This document shows, in pieces, positions 8,414-17,381 of a stretch of 18,692 nt of DNA. The position numbers were made by a program, and so were the translations under genes. The stretch covers positions 1-18,692 of the forward strand of contig JAYGDX010000258.1 in assembly GCA_046582655.1 (NCBI GenBank), written 5' to 3'. The notes beneath the pieces were generated by a model. The model was given only the letters and a program-made list of their open reading frames with translations, did not search any database and was not told the DNA's origin. Within the stretch, counting starts at the first letter, position 1. Every line of letters starts with the position of its first letter. Source of the DNA: Candidatus Poribacteria bacterium. Its GTDB lineage: Bacteria > Poribacteria > WGA-4E > UBA9662.

Positions 8414-9819
8414 TCAACCAATAAGTTGGTCAATAACTGCTCCACCGGTTTGCGAAAGTTGTTTGAAACGCCCCCCATGAAAATATGTCAGTTTATTATC
8501 GTCCAGCCCCAGCAGCCGTAAAAGCGTGACGTGAACGTCCTTGAGTGGATGTACAACGTCAACTGCTTTTTCTCCGATTTCGTCAGTCTGCCCGACAATA
8601 TGCCCCGCCTTAACACCACCACCAGCAAGCCAAATGGACATGGCCTCAGCATTGTGATCACGTCCGTAGGCAATACCGCCACCGCGAATACCGTTGTCAG
8701 GGCTACGTCCAAACTCGCCAGACCACACGATTAAAGTCTCCTCAAGCATCCCACGTTGTTTGAGATCCTTAATCAATCCAGCAACTGGCTTGTCAATACT
8801 ACGAATTAAAGCCCCATGCGCGCGTTCCAGATAATCGTGAGAGTCCCACCCCCCCGAATAAATTTGTACAAACCGGACGCCTTTTTCAACCAACCGACGT
8901 GCCAGAAGGCACTTTTTACCAAAGGCGTTGCTATATTCTTCACCGATACCATAGAGCTCTTTAATCTTATCGGATTCCTGATCAAGACCGATGATGTCTG
9001 GTACTTCCATCTGCATTCTGAAAGCCAACTCGTAGCTCTCCATCCGGGCGGAAAGTTCGTCATGGTGAGGGTGCTTCTGATGATGCTGACTATTGAACTG
9101 GTTAAGTAGATCTAGACTCTGTCGCTGATGCGCACGATTGATATACTCTGGTGGATACAAGTCTAGGACGGGCGAACCAACAGATCTGAGTGGGGTACCC
9201 TGAAGGCGTGCGGGTAGAAACCCATTAGACCAGTTGCCCGCACCACCTTGTGGATAGGCGACCTCTGGCAGAACCACAAAGGAGGGTAGATTTTGGTTCA
9301 ACGTTCCCAATCCGTGAGTTATCCAAGATCCTATCGCTGGGTCTCCACCAAACTTGTTACCTGTATTTAAATGGTACATTGCCGTCGGGTGATCGACCGA
9401 ATCGGCCTGGCAACCCCGATACCAGCAAATATGGTCGGCGACGTCCGCCAAATAAACAAAGTGTTCGGACATATCGGCTCCAGAATTTCCAACCCGTCGG
9501 CTGGTAAATGGACTCTGCACGAAATAACGGTTTCCCTGAGACATGGCGGAGAATTGGTGGCCAGTTCTCTCGAACTTCTCGAGATGGAGTTCCGCCAACT
9601 TCGGTTTCGGATCGAAAGTATCAATATGGCTGGGACCGCCCTCCATGGTCAAGAAAATGCACGACTTGGCCTTGGCTTTCAGCATTGGCGGTTTCGACTC
9701 AAGTGCTGATGAGACACCTTCAGCCGTCAGGAGGCTGCTAAAGGCGATGGCACCAATGCTAGTCCCAATCCGTAAAGAAATCGACGGCGATCCAAGGACG
9801 TCTGTTCTGAGGTTCTCAA
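8414..9819 (-). CDS. DUF1501 domain protein; Tat-like N-terminus separated from the body by a frameshift at ~9764-9766 (intact body 8414..9685)
   Basis: The body has 'AKAKSCIFL.MEGGPSHIDTFDPKP', 'SYELAFRMQ', 'CLLARRLVEKGVRFVQ', 'GWDSH', 'GEFGRSP' and 'GRDHN'. TTG 9819 (GGAG RBS) encodes MRTSEQTSLDRRRFLYGLG, which continues as TSIGAIAFSSLLTAE... only after a one-base shift. Confidence 0.9.
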
Positions 9820-9923
9820 TTTGTCATCTCCCTTGGTTGTCTTGGCGGTTAGTTTCGAGAATAAAACTGCCTTCTATACTATGCTAACTTAAAATCAATC
9901 CAAAATGTAGATCAATTCACCGA

Positions 9924-10754
9924 TCAATACCCAGGTGGAAAAGGGGGCGGAGGTACGTGTTTTCCATCATCTACAATTAGCTTTTTGGGGGGATGGATCA
10001 ATCGTTGTCTGTCTTTCATCACCCAAAAATACTCTTTGACCCGTTGTGAAGTTTGAGCTTGTTCCAAACTGGCCCAAACCGCCCCCATGCCGATTCGGCC
10101 TTGATCACTGCTATTGGGTGGACTATAGTGCCACATGTAGGAATGCCAAAAGACACCGTCACCAGGTTGCAGTTCAATGTTGACCCTGCCTTCCAGATTG
10201 GCCACCAAGTCACGCGGCAACTCGCCATGCAAACTGTCATCATACAGAACATGGTCAATAAAACCGTCATGGTGGCTACCAGGCAAAAACTGCATACAGC
10301 CGTTTTCTTTGCTGGCCGGGTCGATGGCGATCCAAGCATTGGCCGCTTCAACATGGTTGTCTCGCCAGAGGCCAATATCCTGATGCCACGGTGTAGCACC
10401 ACCCGTTTTGGCTGGCTTGAGGAAAACCGAATCGTATTTGACCAGCAGATCATCCCCCAATAGTGAACGGATGACTGACAACACATTGGGATGTGCATAA
10501 TAGTTGTTCCAAACAGTGGGGCGATACCGACCCAGCCGTTGTAGTTTGCGAAACTTGGCCCGATGGCTCAGGTGTTCTCCTTTCCCTTGCCGAACAGCCA
10601 ATTCCGGATCCAAAACCTGTTCCAGATCTCCCGGATTATCGATAAAGTCCAGAATGGCGGCCTTAATCTCAGCCAAGGCGGAAGGCTCAACCAAGTTCCG
10701 CACAATAAAATATCCGTCTTGTTGATACTGCTGACGTTGTTCTGCTGTTATCAT
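9924..10754 (-). CDS. PhyH-family Fe(II)/2OG dioxygenase (276 aa)
   Basis: MITAEQRQQYQQDGYFIVR, 'FLKPAKTGGATPWHQD', 'WIAIDPASKENGCMQFLPGSH' and 'WHYSPPNSSDQGR'. ATG 10754 has AAAAGG upstream; the ORF track uses TTG 10760. Confidence 0.93.
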   Translation of the reverse strand: MITAEQRQQYQQDGYFIVRNLVEPSALAEIKAAILDFIDNPGDLEQVLDPELAVRQGKGEHLSHRAKFRKLQRLGRYRPTVWNNYYAHPNVLSVIRSLLGDDLLVKYDSVFLKPAKTGGATPWHQDIGLWRDNHVEAANAWIAIDPASKENGCMQFLPGSHHDGFIDHVLYDDSLHGELPRDLVANLEGRVNIELQPGDGVFWHSYMWHYSPPNSSDQGRIGMGAVWASLEQAQTSQRVKEYFWVMKDRQRLIHPPKKLIVDDGKHVPPPPFPPGY

Positions 10755-10778
10755 CGGCAACCTTTTCTATCCATACGT

Positions 10779-11504
10779 TTAGTCCCCAAATTTGATTTTG
10801 GCCCACTGTCTGGCTAGTTTGCCACCGGCATCGACGGCCAGACTGGACCCATCTGGGTCAAAGATTTCTACATTGTCGATCAACACCTTAGTTTTCCAGA
10901 TTCGTATGCCGAACCCACCTTTGGCATAGAGGGCCTCATTATATCCGCAGACCTCATTATCGTTGACATAGACGGTGATCGACTTGCCTTTGGCAGTGAC
11001 AGCATAATCAACCCATTTATTAAGGGGAATCTCCACTTTAGCATTGGCTACAATTGGCCATCCGTCCCCCCGTTCAAAAACATTAACAATGTTATTGGGC
11101 GGATTTTGGCCGCAACAATTCCGTTTATTGGCCGCTTCAGCACAGATGTAGGTTTGTGGTGTTGGCGCACGAACAATAATGCCAGCGGCCGCAAAATTGG
11201 CAGTCTCTTCAATGATGCGAAAGCGAAGTTTCATGGTATAGTCGCTCATATCCTCGTTACCGTCGATAAACAGCGCGTCGGCACTGGCTCCTCCCGCTGC
11301 ACGCGTGTCAAAAGTTAAAGCCGTATTATTGGGATTACCCACTTCCTTCTCCACCTTTATGGTCTCCAGTTTGGGCCATTTAAGCGATTTCCAATCCCCT
11401 TTGGTGCCATCAAAGTCGTCGTAGTACAGAGTCTTACTATCTACTTTAACTGCCGCCAATAGTAGCAACAGCATACACGGTAGGTACAAAACACGTTTCG
11501 TCAT
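10779..11504 (-). CDS. Secreted beta-sandwich (DUF1080/concanavalin-like) protein with a C-terminal 'AVD..GKLA..WA.IK' tail
   Basis: ATG 11504 with GAGGAGA RBS and a signal peptide (MTKRVLYLPCMLLLLLAA). Contains 'YYDDFDG', 'DYTMKLRFRI', 'AGIIVR', 'GKSITVYVND' and 'GGFGI.....VLIDNVEI', a pattern typical of DUF1080-like folds. Confidence 0.75.
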   Translation of the reverse strand: MTKRVLYLPCMLLLLLAAVKVDSKTLYYDDFDGTKGDWKSLKWPKLETIKVEKEVGNPNNTALTFDTRAAGGASADALFIDGNEDMSDYTMKLRFRIIEETANFAAAGIIVRAPTPQTYICAEAANKRNCCGQNPPNNIVNVFERGDGWPIVANAKVEIPLNKWVDYAVTAKGKSITVYVNDNEVCGYNEALYAKGGFGIRIWKTKVLIDNVEIFDPDGSSLAVDAGGKLARQWAKIKFGD

Positions 11505-11594
11505 TATCAATCTCCTCGGTTTTGGCAACAATTAAAATTTGGAAGCTTTCAATGCCCCCTTTTCAGATAAACTTTAGAACCTGTTTAGTAGAAA

Positions 11595-11623
11595 TTGACG
11601 TTAAAAGTGTTCCATATTAATAT
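11595..11623 (+). promoter_or_regulatory. Sigma70-like promoter candidate
   Basis: TTGACG (11595-11600), 17-nt spacer, TAATAT (11618-11623) in AT-rich intergenic DNA. Confidence 0.35.
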
Positions 11624-12070
11624 TGTGTTAGTTAATAAAGCGAAACTACTGAATTGTTATACCACACTGCCTCGATAGTGGCCAAATTTTTGCAGTTTGT
11701 GGAACTGGACACTATGACTTAGTTTCTTGCCTTTGTCTTGCCGAACTGCCAATTCTTGATCCCGAACTTTATGTGGATCACCAAGAATATCGGCGTAATG
11801 TCAAGAGGCAATGTCCACGCTTGGTCCTCCTAGTCGCTATCCAGTTCAACCGTATTGGAAAAGGCACATTTATAGACAATACCGAATTTGCCGTCTTTGA
11901 CCTGTTGACTGGGTTTAAACTTATTGGCAAAGACTGAGCAAATAAACAGTGAAATGACAACTAACACAAAAGTGATAGTCAGAACAAATTGTTTCATCCT
12001 ATGCCTTCTAATTTATTAAATATCCTTGAACTTAAATTATGTGCACGCCAAACAAAACCGCCATTTAGCT

Positions 12071-12100
12071 TTGCATACTTTTATAGTGGCTCGGTACAAT
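12071..12100 (+). promoter_or_regulatory. Sigma70-like promoter candidate for the dehydratase gene
   Basis: TTGCAT (12071-12076), 18-nt spacer, TACAAT (12095-12100), about 130 nt upstream of ATG 12231. Confidence 0.4.
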
Positions 12101-12230
12101 AAAGAGACTTCTAAATTCGAGTGTGTCTAGAAAATCGCAGTGAAGTCAGAATTGATTGCCACGATGAATTTCAGTTCGCATCGCGGGGCTTGCGGTCACT
12201 TTTCTTATTCGAAAAATATAGGATCAAAAG

Positions 12231-13364
12231 ATGAAAATTACAGACGTTAAGTCGTTCCCCGTTTGGGGAGGCAATCGGAACTTTTTCTTCATCAAAGTCG
12301 AAACTGACGCAGGGATATATGGCATCGGTGAAGGCGGAATTACCTGGCGTGAGTTGGCTACTGCCGCTTGCGTCGATCATCTGAAACCGCTTCTGATTGG
12401 AGAAGACCCCAACCGAATCGAGCATCTCTGGCAACTGATGTTTCGCGGTGGTTTTTTTCCCGCTGGCCGAATCGCTTGCTCTGCCATTAGTGCTATCGAC
12501 ATCGCCCTATGGGACATCCGAGGCAAAGCCCTCGGTGTTCCCGTTTATGACTTGCTTGGTGGATTAGTGCGCAACAAAGTGGTCTGCTACCCGCACATCA
12601 GTGGTGGGACAGCTGAGCAATTAGCTGACAATGCAATAAAGATGGCTGATCAAGGATGGAGGTTTGTCCGATGGGGAACGCCAACAGAAGGGGACATTCT
12701 GGAACCTTCAAAGGCAGCCCGTCAGACACTCAAGCAGTGTGAAGCTGTACGTACAGCTGTTGGAGATGACGTCGAAATCTTGATCGACGTTCACACACGT
12801 CTCGATCCGCAACACGCAATTCCACTCTGCCGCTCGCTGGAGCAGTTTCATCCTTACTTTATTGAGGATCCGCTTCGGTCTGAGAACGTGACAACCTACC
12901 ATCAAATGGCACGCCATGTGTCTGTACCGTTAGCGGTCGGCGAACAGTTCGCCACCAAATGGGAGTTTCGCGAATTAATCGAAGAAGAGTTGATGCAATA
13001 TGCACGGATTGATGTGTGCATTGTTGGTGGACTGACCGAAGCACGAAAAGTCGCCAACTGGTGTGAAACTCATTACATCGACATCGCTCCACATAATCCG
13101 CTTGGTCCAGTTTCAACGGCCGCTTGCTTACATCTAGATCTAACCACTTCTAACTTTGGGGTACAAGAGTTACCACGTCAACCGGGCACAATTCTGCCAG
13201 AGGTTTTTCCAGTCCAGGTGTCGTTCGAAGACGGGCATTTATTACCGCCAACGTCTCCAGGCTTAGGCATTGACTTTAATGAAGAAGCTGCCTTAGCATA
13301 TTATTATCAAGAGGGTAATTCACCTCGAATATCCCGTCCAGATGGCTCATTCACTAACTGGTAG
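12231..13364 (+). CDS. Mandelate racemase/muconate lactonizing enzyme family protein, galactonate dehydratase (DgoD)-like acid-sugar dehydratase
   Basis: 'MKITDVK', 'KVETDAGIYGIGE', 'AISAIDIALWDIRGKALGVPVYDLLGG', metal ligands D(VHTR), E(DP) and (G)E(Q), plus 'APHNP' and 'PGLGID'. The exact substrate cannot be determined from sequence alone. Confidence 0.9.
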   Translation: MKITDVKSFPVWGGNRNFFFIKVETDAGIYGIGEGGITWRELATAACVDHLKPLLIGEDPNRIEHLWQLMFRGGFFPAGRIACSAISAIDIALWDIRGKALGVPVYDLLGGLVRNKVVCYPHISGGTAEQLADNAIKMADQGWRFVRWGTPTEGDILEPSKAARQTLKQCEAVRTAVGDDVEILIDVHTRLDPQHAIPLCRSLEQFHPYFIEDPLRSENVTTYHQMARHVSVPLAVGEQFATKWEFRELIEEELMQYARIDVCIVGGLTEARKVANWCETHYIDIAPHNPLGPVSTAACLHLDLTTSNFGVQELPRQPGTILPEVFPVQVSFEDGHLLPPTSPGLGIDFNEEAALAYYYQEGNSPRISRPDGSFTNW

Positions 13365-13377
13365 TAGGATAGATTGT

Positions 13378-15742
13378 ATGCCTGACCGACTTCAAAGCCG
13401 ATGTCAAAAAATCGTTCTTCTAGACAAACCGAATGTTTCCACCCACTTTCACCGATCTACGGTCGGGCCAACTAAAGGCCGCTTCTGGCGAGTCGGCGGT
13501 TACATTGCCTTCCTGATTTTCTCCATTGGATTGTGGTTAACAACAGATTTAGCCAAATCTGCTAATCAAGACGCTGATAATCAAACTCGATCCAAAGACA
13601 TAGATCTTTTCGTAACTGCTACTCGGACAGACCAACCGATCAGGCTGGATGGAGTTCTCAATGAACCTGCTTGGCAAAACGCCCGTCCGATCACAGATTT
13701 CATCCAGATTCAGCCCGATGAAGGAGCACCACCGTCGTTACTGACCGAAGTTCGTCTACTGTATGACCAGAAAAACCTCTATTTTGGTTTCACCTGCTAC
13801 GACAATCAGATCGACGAGTTGGTGGCGAACGAAATGCGGCGTGATGGAAAAAATGTTCACGAAAACGACAATGTATTCATCCTGATTGACGGTCATAATG
13901 ATCAACGGAGCGGTTTTTTTTCCGGATAAATCCACTTGGGGCACTACAGGACAGTCAGGTTTTCAAGAGCGGAGACAGCCTGAACTTCGATTGGGACGCC
14001 GTTTGGCAAGCTAAGGCAAAAGTGAATCGAACTGGCAACGGGCAGAGTAATTGGGTGTCCGGAGTTCAAATTCCCTTCAGCCAACTCCGTTTTAAACGTC
14101 AAGATGTGATCGAATGGGGATTGAACGTTGGTCGCGAGATTGCACGGTTACAAGAGGAAGTCATCTGGTCGCCAGTCCCCAAAAAATACGGTGGGAAAGC
14201 CAAGTACAGGACAGAGAACCTCGGCAGGTTGAGAGGATTGAAAGAGATCGCCCCGACCCGCAATTTTGAGGTCCTGCCCTATCTGTCAAGTGGCTTCAGC
14301 CAACCGGGGAACGATACTAAGGAACAAAAAAGAAAGACAGTCTTGGAACTCGGCGGAGATTTCAAATACAGCTTGGCATCTAACCTGACAGCTGATCTAA
14401 CTTACAATACTGACTTCGCCCAAGTTGAAGCCGATCAGGAATATGTCAATCTAAGCCGCTACAGTATTTTTTCCCTAAAAAACGCCCCTTCTTTTTAGAA
14501 GGATCCAATTTCCTTGAGTTTGGCATTCCACGATCAAGTCTGAGTTCTGCACCGCCCTTGCTCCTATTTTATAGTCGGCGCATCGGAATTGAACAAAATC
14601 GGATGATCCCAATTATAGCTGGAGGAAAACTGACGGGTAAAGTCGGATCTTACGGGATGGGATTTCTCAATGTTATGACCAGTCAACTGGACAGGCCTTC
14701 GGAGGAACTGAGCATCCCGAAAACGAACTTCTCGGTTTTCCGCCTACGGAAGGACCTGCTAACCTCATCTAGTGTTGGCCTGATTGCGACCAACCGACAA
14801 TCCACCGATGAGAACTACAACAGAACAGCAGGAGTCGACTTTCTGTATCGGCCACTTAGCTCGTTGACCATTAACGGCTTGATGGCAACATCTGCAGATC
14901 CTGATCGACAAGGGCAGGCCTTTTACCTCGGCAGTCATTGGCGATCCGATAAATTGCAAGCATCTGGCGGTTACAGTGTGATTGATCCGGATTTTGAACC
15001 TGGCGTCGGGTTTGCCCAACGCAGCAGCGGACAACGGGTTCGAGGGGAAATACGATGGGCACCTTGGGTACGCGACATGGACGATTGGATACGACCCACA
15101 CTTGAGAAAATTCATCTTCGGGAAATGTGGTCTGGCCCAGAAGCTGACGTAGCATTCAATAACAGCCAAGAAGTGGAAACCGTTAATCTCAGGTATCTGC
15201 ACTGAATGAACTTTGAAAGCAATGACTGGATAGCTATCGATGTTCAAAGTACCCTGGATAGGCTAGAGCAGCCGTTTAACGTCCATACAGATCATCAAAT
15301 TCCAGTTGGTGAATATGTCTTCACTCGATTCTGGCTGACTACCGAAACGAATGAAACTCGCGTTATCTCGGCACGCATCTCCGTTGATCACGGTCAGCGT
15401 TCAGGGCTGAATGGCTTTTTGACTTTCAAACCAAATGGTCACTTCAGTTTGGGATCTAGCTATGGATTTAATCGAGTCAAACTACCTGATGGGGCATTTA
15501 ATGCTAACGTTATTAGCGGATGTATGATCTACTCTCTCTCAACTTCAGCCTACGCCCAACTGTTCACTCAATGGAATAATGAGACGGAACGACTTTCGAC
15601 CAATCTACTTTTGAACTACATCTACCAACCTGGCAGCGACTTCTATCTGGTTCTGAATCAGATTTACGACCGCACACAACCATCGGAAAAACGGTTCGTT
15701 GATCGCGCTATCTTGGCCAAATTAACCTACTGGTATCAGTAG
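13378..15742 (+). pseudogene. CBM9-like/DUF5916 secreted or outer-membrane protein, disrupted by two frameshifts and one in-frame stop
   Basis: 'IRLDGVLNEPAWQ', 'TEVRLLYDQKNLYFGF', 'NFDWDAVW', 'IPFSQLRF', 'DLTYNTDFAQVEAD', 'P.KRPFFLEG', 'LFYSRRIG' and terminal 'AKLTYW'. One T appears missing in each of the T8 (13914-13921) and T6 (14467-14472) runs. In-frame TGA at 15203-15205. Confidence 0.85.
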
Positions 15743-15765
15743 GTCCATCATGGCAACCCAAGACC

Positions 15766-16329
15766 ATGTCATCAGTTGAACCGGATCAGATTCGCTCCGA
15801 ATTATTGGATCGCCGTGACCAAATACCGGTAGACCTACGCCGCCAGTCCAGTCAGAAAATTTGTCGTTCCGTTGATAAATTGATAGGAGAGCGACGGTTA
15901 AGTCGCTTATTATTCTATCTGAATATGAGAAGCGAGGTCGAAACCGATTGGCTGGTCGCCAAACAACTGGCTACCACTTGCTTAGTTGCAATACCAAGAG
16001 TCGAAAGAAAAGAGATTCGTCCCTATCGGCTGACCAATTTGCAGACGGAGATCAATCAACATCGATGGGGAATGCGAGAACCAGATCCAACTGTTTGTGA
16101 CCCCATTGACCCACAATCCTTAGATCTTGTTCTGGTACCAGGATGCGGCTTTGACCTACAACGGCATCGGATTGGTTATGGGGGCGGATTTTACGACCGT
16201 TTTCTGCAAACCTGCCCACAGGCATTAACTGTCGGCTTGGCTTTCGAGACTCAGGTTGTGGATCAGTTGCCTACTCAACCATGGGACCAATCCATGGACC
16301 TCGTCTTGACAGAACAGCGGATCATTTAG
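15766..16329 (+). CDS. fau: 5-formyltetrahydrofolate cyclo-ligase
   Basis: 'SEVET', 'WGMREP', 'DLVLVPGCGFD...RIGYGGGFYDRFL' and 'LP.QPWDQ.MDLVLTE' are family signature motifs (YgfA/Fau). Confidence 0.93.
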   Translation: MSSVEPDQIRSELLDRRDQIPVDLRRQSSQKICRSVDKLIGERRLSRLLFYLNMRSEVETDWLVAKQLATTCLVAIPRVERKEIRPYRLTNLQTEINQHRWGMREPDPTVCDPIDPQSLDLVLVPGCGFDLQRHRIGYGGGFYDRFLQTCPQALTVGLAFETQVVDQLPTQPWDQSMDLVLTEQRII

Positions 16330-16337
16330 AATCTTAG

Positions 16338-16810
16338 TTGCCGGAAGGATGGGCATCGGACAGGAGAGGGCAGTCAACAACAGACCCATAGGTGGCATGG
16401 CAATGGATGGTCTGCTCGCACCAATCGGTCGCTTCAAGAGCACAGGGTTGGCAATGATCATGAGCATTTTGTCATCCATGATTTCCAGGGCCAGCTACGG
16501 CACGGAGTTAGGAAACATGGAAGATGTACCTAAACCGGGACAGGATGGACATTTCGTCGCCGCAATTCAGGTTGGTGCATTTGAAGATGTCCGACGGTTC
16601 AAATCCCGTGTGGACCGCGCTATCCAACAGGTTCACCAATCTCAGTTGGCACCGAGGTTTGACCGTATCCAGGCGCCGGGCAAGGATAAATCCCTCAAAC
16701 AGGAAGCGTATCGCAAAGGTGGCATCCCCTTAAACGCTACCAGACGAACGGACCTACACCAAGTCGCTACTGATTTCGGAGTGGATGTGGCCTCATACGC
16801 ATCGATTTAA
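16338..16810 (+). pseudogene. Ldh_2-family (malate/L-lactate/L-sulfolactate dehydrogenase-like) C-terminal fragment
   Basis: LPEGWASDRRGQSTTDP* (TAG 16389-16391) matches the family 'IPEGWA.D..G.PTTDP' motif. A tandem TGGCA duplication (16393-16402) shifts into AMDGLLAPIGRFKSTGLAMIMSILS...GHFVAAI...APG. The N-terminal half is absent. Confidence 0.85.
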
Positions 16811-16863
16811 GACTTGTGCTCGGAATAAACCGGAAATCGAGGCGATATTAAGGAGGTAACGCG

Positions 16864-17220
16864 ATGTTGAGAATAGCAATTGTTGGCCTCGGTCGGGCAG
16901 GAATGCGCCATGTCGAAGCTATTCAAGAACTGTGTCGGAAAATCACAGTCGATTGTCTCGTTGATAACGACCCTGAACCACCTGAGAGAGAAGGCAACAA
17001 AACTCGACATTGAAAAAATGTATACCGATTTTCACCATGCGCTCGCTACCCCGATGTGGATGTCGTATCGATCTGTACCCCTCACAATCTACACTGTCCG
17101 ATTGCCTTGGAAGCCGCGGCTGACAAGAAACACACCCTCTGCGAAAAGCCGATAGCAATAACTGTAGCAGATGTCACGCGCATGATTGACGCCGCGGAAA
17201 CCAACGGTGTGAAGTTGGGC
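16864..17220 (+). pseudogene. Gfo/Idh/MocA oxidoreductase N-terminal fragment
   Basis: Strong RBS AAGGAGGT, then MLRIAIVGLGRAGMRH...DNDPE; +1 shift at ~16978 gives HLREKATKLDIEKMYTDFHHALA; -1 shift at ~17048 gives PDVDVVSICTPHNLH...KHTLCEKPIA...GVKLG. Homology ends there. Confidence 0.88.
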
Positions 17221-17221
17221 T

Positions 17222-17330
17222 CTTCAAAGGCCTTTATTAGGTGGATTCTCTCCAAATGACTCCAGATTGTATGGCATGTTAGGTAATGTCTAGAAACGGT
17301 GTTTGGATACATGGGATAACAATTTTATCC
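17222..17330 (+). pseudogene. FGE-sulfatase (SUMF1/formylglycine-generating enzyme family) domain remnant
   Basis: The frame reads LQRPLLGGFSPNDSRLYGMLGNV*KRCLDTWDNNF, a decayed copy of the family motif 'VG.F.PN.FGLYDM.GNVWEWC.D'. TAG 17291-17293 sits at the conserved Trp. Confidence 0.7.
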
Positions 17331-17381
17331 AGAAGCCCGAGGCAAAATCGCCTCGTCAAAAGGAATGTACGAGTAATCCAA

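Noticed and set aside
428..11318. Numerous short ORFs overlapping or antisense to the main genes (e.g. 428..697, 1869..2195, 5318..5623, 6173..6547, 7427..7843, 10019..10498)
   Set aside because: Shadow frames of well-supported genes, with no recognisable motifs.
14765..15247. 160-aa minus-strand ORF
   Set aside because: Antisense to the DUF5916 pseudogene, with no motifs.
15750..15779. Out-of-frame ATG (MATQDHVIS*) with a weak RBS upstream of the cyclo-ligase, possibly its original start
   Set aside because: The ORF from 15766 is already of normal family length, and a frameshift cannot be shown without orthologs.
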